DNA from: Perna viridis
Taxonomy: Eukaryota
Direction: 5' to 3'
Assembly (NCBI GenBank): GCA_037379345.1
Contig: CM074512.1
Coordinates: 22,816,001 to 22,880,000 of the forward strand
Length of the DNA stretch: 64,000 bases
A program made the position numbers and the translations under genes. The notes under the pieces were generated by a model. The model was not told the origin of the DNA. It saw only the letters and a program-made list of their open reading frames with translations, and made no database searches. Shown one piece after another: positions 42,301-54,300 of the stretch. The stretch's first letter is position 1, and the number at the start of each line of letters is the position of its first letter.

Positions 42301-45300
42301 TTTTATTTTTTTTTAAAATGTACTTTTTATAAGCAATATTGAAGAAGGGAATTTTTTTCTTCCTTTTTTTTTGTGTGTGTGTGTTTTGTTATGTTTTTGG
42401 TTTTCAAAATTAAAAATATGGCTAAACTTTGCAGATATATTATAGAAGACATTATATATAACCAAATTTTAAATCACATTAAAAAAGAGAAATCAGCTGT
42501 TTCAGCCTCAAACTGAAAAATCAGCTGCTTCAGCCTAAAATTGAAAAATTAGCTGTTTCAGCCTCAAACTAAACCATACATTTATATTTTATATATATAA
42601 AAAAACATACAACAAAAGGGAAGAGCATTACATATAGATTCTTCAGTATAGAGTGATTTAAATTATTTGTCAACTCTCTATGGTAAAATTAAGATTTTCA
42701 ACATGTGATCTTTAGCTAGCTCACATGTTAAAATCTTAATTTTACCATAGAGAGTTGACAAATATATTAAATCAAAAATAGGCTTGAGGAGAATCGGTTT
42801 CTCCCCTGATATCTGTAGAAAACTTAGGAAATGTAAAATGGCAGAAAAACCCTTATAGAAATTTAATCACTGCCCAGTGGATATAAAGTCACATGCAATT
42901 TTAATCACCAGCTTACAATAAAAGAAATACTGTTGCATGCAAAAATTTAAAACAATTATTTTTAGCTATCAAAGTAAATCTCAAATTAACATCAATAAAA
43001 GTAAGGCAAACCATTTGATAGATTCTTACATGCAAATAATTTAACTATTAGTTTTTGTATTCATCAAATTACTTAATACAATAACAATATGAAGTTTCAG
43101 AAATTGTGTAACTTCAACAATGTAAATCTAGTTTTTATTAGAAGTTAAGGGCATGGGTAAATGGCTGCAGGGAAATAAAACATGTATAATTTAACCTTTA
43201 ATAAAGCATTACATTAGCCAACACTTTGAACTGTATTTTATACAGTTGTTAGATATTCACAGTTAGTATCAAACACCCACAAACTTACAATACTCAATCA
43301 ATTTACGTCTACGCTGTGCTAATTTCACTGAAAAATTTGCATACCATATTCATATACATCATAAATGCAAACACATCTATATCAGCTATATATATAATAT
43401 ATTGACGTTTTTGGTCTACATTTCCTAAACATGCCTTTCAATAACAGTTCTAATGTGTCATAGTACAATAACAGTCCACTTAATTATTATTTTCTCTTAT
43501 ATTTGGATCAAATGTTAAAAGTAAAACATTTTGCTGACAACATTGTTGGACATATAAAATGTTCAAGGTCCACTGTAGTTGAATAACATATAATGTAAAC
43601 ATGTATGAAATAAAACATCTACTAATGTAATAATTTAAAACTAGAAAAATTGTGAGGCAAGCTAACTAAAGGCTACCCTTGCTCCTCATCTCAATAACCT
43701 TAACAAACCAATACCTCATTTGGAAAAACATCTCAAATTTATCCAAAATAAATGATGAACAAAAGGAGTATAGTTATTACTTTCATGTCCCTTAGAATTT
43801 ATTCTACAATATTTCATAAAACAAAAGATCATGATAAATATTTCTTACTGATACAATACAAAACTGCTTATATTTTAAGTCTGTTGTAGAATAGCTGGTG
43901 AAAATATTTATAGAAATGTATAAGATCTATCAATACATTAAATATGACTATAGGTCCTCTAATAGGACACTTCACTCATCCCTGACACAAACTCTTTCAA
44001 GATTTAACTTACATTTAGGTGGAGCAGTCCTGGTCACCAGATGCATGGGAACTGACACAGCCCTTCTATAGGGTGGCTTACAGCTCTGGCTCACTGATCT
44101 AATACTATCTGTCCTGGCTAAGGCAAATCTGGCTCGGTTCAATCTCTTCAGGAAAGACTCACTCTCTCTGTCAGAACTCATTACGTCTAAAGTAGACATA
44201 CAATGTACAATATTAGCTTTGGATTATAGAAAAAACTGAAAATCTACAGTCATAATTATTTTTAAATATTTCACAAGGAAGAATTGGATACATCAACAGA
44301 TGAACATTAAACACAACATTCCAGTTTGATCATCACTTTTTTTGTTTTGTGATTAAATGTTACCACAATAGCATAGGTTTCTTACACAGAATGGAAGCAG
44401 TCACAAAAAATTTTAAAAAAATAATTTGGAAATTTACCTTAAACGGTGCAATACATGTAATCAAGATGCATACATTTATTCAGAACATTAAAGAACCTCT
44501 AGAATTCTTGAATTCAAGCTCATGTTAATTAAGGATCCTTTAGACCAAATTTAAAAGTGGGTCCAAAATCAGAAGTCTAAGAGTAGATTGGTTAATTAGA
44601 GAACCATTAATTAGTTGTTGAACTGAAACAAATTTGAACTTTGGACCTAATGGACCTTTATGTGAACCAATTGAAAGCTTGGCCCAAAATTAAAAAAACA
44701 ATAAACATGAAGATAAAACATTGTTCACTTTTCAAGAAATCAATTAAGGTTTTATTTTAGACCCTAAATGACACTACCTTAAAACTATGTGGCCAACAGT
44801 CAAATTCTGCATTTCAAAGAGCATTTATTAACTATTTCATTGATAAACAATTCACTTAAAACAATGATGGAAAAAGCAACAAGATATTGCATGATATGTA
44901 GTGCTAAGAATACCCCACTCAACCATTTCAGTCCAAGCTGGAAAAGGGAGACACAGTACAAGTCATCATGCGGAAGCAATATACGAAATATCTATGTATT
45001 CCCTCCAGTAGAAGCTGAGAAATCTGTTATGAAAATTTCTATTATATAGCACCTTAAAAAAATAACAGAGTCAATAGGTAAACAGGAAGAAGATGAGCAA
45101 TGAATATGAACAGGAAGACACAGTACAAGTCATCATTAAAAAGCAATATACCAAATATTTAGGCATTCTCTCTAGTAGATGTTGGGAAATCTGCTGAGAA
45201 AATTTCCATTATGCAGTACCTAAAAAAACTGCAAAGTGAATCGTTAAACAGGAAGTAGATGTGCGGCAATGCTTTAAAGAGGAGACACAGTACATTCATC

Positions 45301-48300
45301 TTGTGAAAGCAATATACCAAATATCTGAGCATTTCTTCCAGTAGAAGCCAAGAAATCTATTATGAAAAATGTATAAAACGGAAGGACTGACTGACAGCCA
45401 GACGGACGGACAGGGGGATTGCAGTATAGCCCCACTCATTAATTTTTTTCCGATTTACCGTTTAGAGGAATATTCTTGTTTACAGAACAAAATACTAATT
45501 TTGTAGTGAAATCAACCTTGTTCATACAAAAAAACAACATCTTAGATGTAATATTCACAGATCTTCATTTAAAACATAAATAGATCAAATGCAGGTGCAA
45601 AGTGCATCATTCATTGTTGTAATTCTTGTGCTATTTAATAGTATAACACACAGAAATGAATAGAAACAGGTGCAGAGAAGATAATGCTACCTATAACAAT
45701 AGAAAAGAGGCTTATTTATTTCATTTTTTCCATTGTTATTGAATGATAAATTTATTGAAATAGAATATCAGTGCAATGCCTAAGCAGTTTGTTCTGAGCT
45801 TACAAGTACTTTGAGATTTTAATTGCCCACAACTATCTATCAGAAAGAGAAGCCAACACATAAGCAAGCACTAAACTACATAGAGAACCTGATGAAAACA
45901 TATTATCACCACTGTTTTCTAGGTCTAGCTGTGCCTCTAATGACAGGGTATCAAATCTACTGAGGAAGAAATCCCATGAGAGAATATTATCTTCCTTCAG
46001 TACATTGGACAGGAGTCGCATTCTTTGTATAATCATAATCCTATCGTTGATCACATGGTCAAACTGGAACTCCAAACATCTACATAAACACTGTAACAGA
46101 GCAAAAATCACACGGTCAGACTGAAACTCCAAAATCTACACAAATACTGTAACAGATTGAAGTTAAAGTTTGATTTTGCCTTCAAATACATTTGACCTGC
46201 ACCCACCACCCCCACCCCCTCCCCCCCGCCTAAAATAAAAAAACAAAAATCTTTCGTCCTAACCCCTTGAGTTTTTTTTGATTGTCTGCAATTGAGTGTC
46301 TTTGATATGTGTAGAATTTGAGATGAATGAAACATCTTGTATGGCAGAAATCATTATAAGCAAAGTGAATCATAGCATATAAGACCTGAAAGGAACCATA
46401 CCCTAATAGATGAGGTTTTGATTGTTTCTAAGTATAAAATAGCCCTCTGTGCCACAGAAGAGTTGATGTCCTCCAATGATCCAATCAGGAGACAGAAGGC
46501 ATGTGCTAGAGCTGTCTGTAAGACTTGGTTGTGGGAGATAGAGTCCAGATCTAACAGTCGACACAGCACTGTAACTTTCTCCACTGTAAAGACAAATTTT
46601 GAATAATTCTAAATTTTCTCCACTGTAAAGACAATTTTTGAAAAATTTAAGAAACTCGAAAATTAAGATCAACCCAGGCAATCTTTATTAAATTGTTCTA
46701 AAATGTTTTATTCCAATTAAGTTTGATGCCTCATTCCAATACTTTCACAAATAAGCATCAACTTACGTTCAAATCCACAACCATGCTCATTTCTTAAATA
46801 CTTCTAAAAACATTATTAGAAAAATATTTGTTTTAGACACATGAAATAAACAAATTATGAACACCTGAAGCAAATCTAACTCTCCAGTCATCACTTGTAA
46901 ACTCATCCTCAACAATCTTCCAGAGGATGTCAGCACCAGTTGGTAGAGTCAGACAGTGTACCAGTAGAGGTACAGCTACAAATGCTAGCTGTGAATGCTG
47001 AGCTATTAAACACTTCCATAAACTACAATAATATAAACATTCAGTTCAAATGTACCCAGTAACATAACATTCTTGTGTATGAATTCAACCAATGAATAAC
47101 AACATCTGAAATATTTGTGTTGTAATGAAGTATGTTTCAGTGTGTAGATCAGTATCCAGGATATTTGAATGTTTTTGAAAAGAATCACCTCAATACAATT
47201 TAATAAAGGTTGATGATTCCTAAACTTTGCAAAAAAAAATACCGAATTCAATAAAAGTTCATAATTCCTAAACTGAAAAAACAGATTCAAATAATTTAAC
47301 TATACAATCAGTGAGATTATGATTATTACCTTGGTATAAGATGCCTGGCCAATGAAAACTTGACATAATTAGGATATTGGTTGACTGTGTAATTAAGACA
47401 CTCAGCATGCAGTATTAGATACTTCATTGATGTCAGCAGTGAGTAAGAAGCATCGGTATCTGTAGTTCTCTCCAACTCCTGAAAATATCATAGATAGTGG
47501 TACTGTAAAAGTTACTATGAAGGGTACCAATTTTTGTGATATATAAGAGAATCATACTTTATGATGTTTCTTTAACATGAAAAAAAGAACCCTCATACCA
47601 TAATCACAAATTTAAATTCTAGCAAAACAATGATATTTTGCCAAACTACAAAATTGATATCAGTGAATAAAACCTCATTTACAGTACATACAGTCAAATC
47701 TCGTTAAGTCGAAGTCGAAGGGACCATGCATAAATTTTGAAATTTCCTTTTTATTTTTTCTACAATCCAAAATGTCATAACTCATAACATGCTGTTTTGT
47801 TTGTCTCACAATCAGGAGTGTCATCAAACCATGTGCTCTACATTATAATGATAAAATTTCAAATTCACTAGCAAAACCAATGTAATCGTTGAAATACACT
47901 TACTCTGTTTGAAGTTTCATTAAATAGTCAGATATCATTACAATTCATCGGTATTTTTAAAAAAAAAAATCATCAAATATCCAATATCACTGAAAGTATG
48001 AATTCTGATGTGTAATTAATAAAATTTGTTTCTTTTCACTACACATGCATTTTTAAATTAAATATATACACAAATCAAATCATAAAAAAGTATCAACAAA
48101 TTAATTTCAGAAGCCATGCTAATCCTTGTAAAAATACACCTCAATCATGGCTTGTAATACAGCAATCAGTTTTCTGACTAATTAGTTGACTTTGAGACAT
48201 CAGGGTTAATTAACTCAAAGTCCTATTGGGAGACTGATTAATTACCTCGAGTTATCCAAGGTTTTGATTCATCCAAGCTCGAGTCATCCAAGGTTTTGAT

Positions 48301-51300
48301 TCATTCGAGCTCGAGTCATCCAAGGTAAAATTGTATTGGAGTAAGGGAAGTTTTGCTGGGACTTTGTAATTAGTTAGAGTTATCAGAGATTTCGACTTTT
48401 CGATTAACAAATTAGCCAGTACAGTGTAACTTCATGTACAATATTGGGCAAGACTTTGACTATATAATGATGATAGTTTGCAATACTATCCTTCTGGAAG
48501 CCACTTACAAGTAGGAAGGCATGATAAAGCTGGAGGTGTAGTGGCATTGCCTTTATGTCAAATTTGGGTTCAGATTTCTCCTTCTCTTCAGGGTCTTCTT
48601 CTTCAGTTGATGTAGAATCTACAATTAAATGTTTAATGGCTATTTTCTTAGTTAAAATTTTCCAACAAAAATCAACAAGGTAAGACTCAAGTGCTTACTG
48701 TTCAAGCAATAAATTTTAAGCCTTTAGAATATGTATTCACCTACATCAATTTTAAGTCTATTGAATATATATTCACCTACACCAATTTTAAGTCTATTGA
48801 ATATATATTCACCTACACCAATTTTAAGCCTATGGAATATGTATTCACCTGCACCAATTTTAAGCAAGTACAACAGTAACTTATACAGATTTTCTTGCTA
48901 TCTGAACTGGATATTGTTTACAAATTTCCAACAATGTCAAAACTAAACAACAGACTGTAAAATAAAAATTTAAAACTCAAAAAGGATACAATAAAAAAAG
49001 TGCAAGCAATGAAGTAAACATGTAACTCATGAGTTTGTTTTTTTACCAATTCTAAACTTACTTTTCCTAGATTGAGAGTTAGAAGAAACCTGTTTGACCT
49101 CCTCAACCCTAGGAACCTCTTTTGTTGGTATCTTAGCTGGATCTCTGGGACAGAAGTTACACATGACCTGTGCCATCAGCTGATGCCAGAGTGTGATATT
49201 ATGACAGAAATTACAGGTCTGTTGCTGGTCATCAGAACAGGTATGAGTCCCATCTAAATCCTCCTTTAACATGATGGTTAAGATCTGCATTACCTGTTTA
49301 CTTGTATCATTGTATATGCCAAGGTACTTGGGAAACTCTAGGAGTTCAAGCTGAAAAAGATAAAAAAAAAACAAACATCATAACTGTACAGTTGTTCATA
49401 ATCTCAATTCACAGTAACTGAGTGCTTTCAAGTATCTAAACTCCTTAAAGTTTGCCTAATGTAAGAAATGAATGTTTTGCCATTTTGATAATGTAGATTG
49501 TATTCATTATTCCATTTTTTTTTTCAAAAAAATAATAAAGTACTTTTTTGTAAGAACATAAGCTCATGAATTTTCATGTTTTCAGCATTCGTTAATGTAA
49601 AATAGGTCATTCATCTGGTATAAAATGTCATGAATATGAGACTTTACAATAAATCCCCCAAAAAATAACATCCTTAACCTTACCTGTTTAAGATATAAGT
49701 CCAGCATCATGATATAGCAAGGTAAGACTAGTTCTGTCTCTCTATCATACACCTCATATGCCTCCACAACAACATGTGTTTTCTCTGGACTGAGTGGAGG
49801 AGGGTTGTCCTGTGTAGGAGAAGTAGGGAAGACAGTTTGGTGCCCTGTTGATCCATTACCTTTCTTAACAGATTTCTCTGGCATTGGACCAACACTCTCA
49901 ACATGAAGATTTTTCACTCCACCTAGGAACATACCTAGTAGTAGATGCATGGGAATAACAATATCAAGGGTTGATAAAATCTGCAAGTAGAAAGAAAATG
50001 ACTTCTATGTATACAAGTTATCTGAAGTGAGAAATTAAGGCTAATAGCTTCACAAATAATAAAAGTGAAATAGCACAGCATACAAAGAAGATTTTTGTGA
50101 TGAAAATTTTTGAATTTTCCTTCCATTTATTTTCACTGTGATTCCTCACCTGTAGCCACTGTAGTGCTTGCTCCTGTACATAAGCACTTGGATCTGTAAA
50201 TCTATCAGATATAAAGCTGTACATCTTCTCCAAGGTAAAAGGCAATGGACACATGTCAATGTCAAAGGACTTACTGAAACAAGAAAGTACAAACATTACT
50301 GTTAAGTACATACATTACTGTTAAGAACAATTATACTTAACAATAAACACACATAACACATTCATCACAGATAACTGTAATGTGAGAGCACAATTCTCAT
50401 TACAAAATTGTACCTCTGTCACCAAGGATCAAACCCTAGAACATTCCATGACAAGCCAGCGACTAATAGATTTGGCTACAGAATTAATCCTTTAGCCAAG
50501 TCCAGTAATTGGCTATTCAAACCTACTACCTACTACAATGCAGGTAGGCCAGTATGCCACACTTCCCCCACCTGAAGAGTCTTCGTATGACGAATGACTC
50601 CTAATACTAGCTCACTAGCTACACAAACCCGGACGGTTTTTCAGTTGGGCACAAATGGAACAGGAGAGCATGATTCTCTTTACAAAATTGTACCTCCCCA
50701 CCTAGGATCAAACCCTAGACCACACGGTGACAAGCCAGTGACAAACTGGTTTGACAAAAAATTAATTCCTTAACCACGTCAGTTAACTGACTATTTATTG
50801 AAGGGAAAGTTCCATTTTGTGGGAAACCAAATTTTGTGGTTTGCCAAACCCACAAAAAACACAAAATTGATACACCACAAACACCACCAGTAATACTTCC
50901 ACAGTAACCAAAACAAAAAAAAATATTCATTTAGGATTTACATGAATGAGAAAGTGTAAGTTAGTGTATTTTTCTCATTTCAGTTTTTTTTCCTTGTTGG
51001 TGTCAGTTTCTCATTAGTAGCTATTTATTGCTTATAAATTACACAGAATATCTGGTTCCCCAAAAAATTTACTTCATAGGTAAACAGTTGTACTGACAAC
51101 TGAACTAATTTACCAGACAACATTTAAGAAAATCATTTCTATCAATTGATCTTATTACAAAAAAATACATACATAAACTAATACTGACACTTGTGAATTA
51201 ATGAATGACAATGTATATTTAGCTAATACACATCAATTGTTTACCTAAGAAGAACTTTCAGTTCATGTAAATCCTCTGCTGGTACCTCTGTCCTGATAGC

Positions 51301-54300
51301 TTCTAACCAGTAAGGCATTACATAGTCCCATATCTGAAATAGCAACACAAAAATAATGAAAGTTGACCTAATGATCACAGATGACCCTGTATTCATTATT
51401 TTCACAGTGAAATAGGCCTATAATTCCTGAATTAAAAATGCAGTACACATAAACACCCAATTAGCCTCCATATCATGGCCCCCAAAAGGTCAATTAAGAT
51501 AGAAATTATTTTTAAAGCCATCTAGAAACAGAGAGTGTGACAATACAGATGTATTGACAGACACAAAGATCACTATATACCCAACCAATGGAGTGAGGGC
51601 TAAAAATGACAAAAATTCAAAAAGTTCAAATCATTTGATCAACTCATGGAGTGGGGGCATAAAAATGACTAAAATTCAAAAAGTTTATATCATATGATTA
51701 TGTATTAGGATTAACAATGATCTCTTAAAGTCATTAAGAAAGATTTAAACATCCTACACCTCAAACAAGGAGAGGAGATGACAGACAAGAGCAGACAAAT
51801 AGAGAAACAAAACATTGTTAGATGCAAAAAACTCTAAAACTTTGCTGACAGGTAAAATCAAAACTTTAATTTTAAGGGAGACTGTGTCACTGACCTGGGG
51901 TTATCAGAAGACTCCAAAGGAAGAACTATTATACAATTTTTGTAGGACATCTAATCAATTCAATCTAACCACATTCTGTGGTTTTAAAGGCAGAAGCTTT
52001 AACCATAAAAATCAGCAAATTGAACTTTTCAAGAGCAACACCTTCAGTAAAGATATATTGCACAACCATGACCTAATGGGGACTTTCTATCATAAAGCCA
52101 AAGAGTACCATTTTTTAAAAGACCAGTTAATATGGAATTATACAGATGGTATCTTAGGCAGGTTTGACTGTATACCACAATATAAAGTGCTTTATCCTAA
52201 CTTCTAAGATCATCAACAAAGGCCTCTTTTATATCAACAGAGACAATGTTTTTATTTTTAGTAAAGCAAAGATGTGAGGAAACTTTCCCATTTATTTTAA
52301 TGTTAAAAAAACAACAAGTGGTAGGATTCAAACTAGAAAAGCTCTTATTGGTCCTAACTGACAGTGAACAAAATTGTACAGAAAAATACGAAAAAAGAAC
52401 AGAAATAGACGAAACACCCTACAAATGAGTTCCTGACTTGATAGAGGTGTATTGAAGGCAAAATTACAGGGGTGGTCTTCCATTGTATGTTTGGATGTTT
52501 TGAGATGTGATATCAACATTTAAACAGTGACAATGGATCAAAATCAACATTTACCTCAAAAGTGATGATATCATAAGGATTCAGACAAAAAAAACAGTTA
52601 AGCCCTTCTTTAATCTGTGTTGTTCTGTTGGTAATAAAGTCCCTACAAAATAAAATACTTCATATCTATAAACTATGCTGTATTTGTATTTCAGTAAGGC
52701 TTTTCAATAATCAATGATCAATACTTAGTTCTAGTTATAAAGATTTCAGCTTAAATTGTGTTCTCTATACAGTTATATTATAAGTTTCTGGATCCAGCCT
52801 GATTTCCATCACCAATGCTGGTATCATTGTAAGTAAATCATCTTCTATTTGTTCAATTTAAAAAAGATATGCAAACATTTAAAAATAATACACAATTTAC
52901 TGCTGGATTCATCTTAGTTATGTAGAAGCAATTGATGCAATAACACACAATTTACTGAATATAATTTTAACTTCTCACCAGAATCCCCCAACCCTAGCAT
53001 AGTCTACAGGGTGTGGTAACAGACATGACACAATGACTTCAAAGTGGGTCTTGGATACCTCCTCTAACCATTCACAAATATACTGAAACAAATAAACATT
53101 ACTTATGGTATAACATCAGTTAGAAAGCTGAGACAGAAATTATTACAAGTATCATGATATCACCCATGAGAGGACAAGCTGTTACCATGGTGATACATTG
53201 TCAAGACCTCAATGGAAATACTCCTTTTACCACCATTATCTCAGACATGACAATGTACAGTAGTCTGTGGATAAAATGTTAATTTAAATTCACAGTAAAC
53301 TGATGTGAAAATATCTTACGAGAGAAATGAAACAAAGACAATTACTAAAACCACTGTTAAAAATATTTATTTTCATATTTTTTTCTCAAGTAGTTGTATG
53401 ACTATCAATACTTTAAGATTTTAAAAAAATCTAAATGACCTAGTTTACTTAAAATAACCTATCATTACCAACAGGCCTAAATTACCATAAATTTTAAACT
53501 TAAAAAGATTTTATAATCTCCCTTTTAATTTACCTTTCTTATGTCATGACATACATACCTCCCTTTTCAGTCTTTCTAATGCATTACCAAAATTGTCTGT
53601 AATAGAAGGTAGAAATGAAAACCTCCAAATGTGAACACTAACTCTGACACCAGTTCATATTGTAAAATGGGAACTTATTTTATATAGATATTACCTCAAC
53701 CTTTAGCCTACTGGCAAAAAAGTGATATGTATCTTCTTTATCCCTAAAGCTTTCATATACATAAGTTTCATTAACTTCCTTGAAAGCTTGGCGAAGCTAT
53801 GCTCAATAAACCAATTTCTAACTAAAAAATCTATTTCAATAATAGTATGAATGCCCTGGACCTTTACACTTCCGACCCAATGTAAGTACCCAGTAAGTGT
53901 ACTCTTCACCACTTAACTCATCACCTATATGAGTTTCATTTAATTCTACAAAGCTTACTAAAGTTATGCTCTAGAAAGCAAACTTCAGACAAAAGGGCAA
54001 GAGGCAGACAGTTTAAATTCTATCACTTCACCTTGAGCTAAAGGTTGGGTTTAGAAGAATGAAAAATATCACACTCACATCTGTTCTGACCGTGCTATTT
54101 TTAAAGTTATTTTTATGACAAATGAGTACAAGACAAATCAGCCATTATCATTAATTTTTTTAAATGATTTATTTAAAATAGCAGGTGGATGTTTAGAAGT
54201 CCTTTAGAAGTCCATTTGTCCTATCTGCCAAGTGATGGTATCAATGGCTCAGTGTTGTTGTTATTGGATACTCTGAGTTCTTCACCTATCTCCAAGATAA

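Noticed and set aside
42770-42812. Possible extra unc-79 exon after TTTTCTACAG next to the hairpin
   Set aside because: In the required phase it reaches TGA after 13 codons.
46995-47010. Acceptor TTTAATAG at 47003 as the exon start
   Set aside because: Wrong phase; the acceptor giving exon start 47022 restores frame and the LW motif.
48712-48865. 36-bp repeat as another splice-site array (contains AG|GTGAAT)
   Set aside because: Not adjacent to or homologous with any exon edge.
50572-50600. Hammerhead-ribozyme-like CTGAAGA-GTC...GAC-GAAT in the TRIM core
   Set aside because: GAAA is replaced by GAAT and I could not find stems I and III with a cleavage triplet; would need a family consensus and an Infernal search to revive.
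51815-52207. 130-aa plus-strand ORF as a nested gene
   Set aside because: Non-ATG start, no recognisable domain or splice partners; at most a decayed element fragment.
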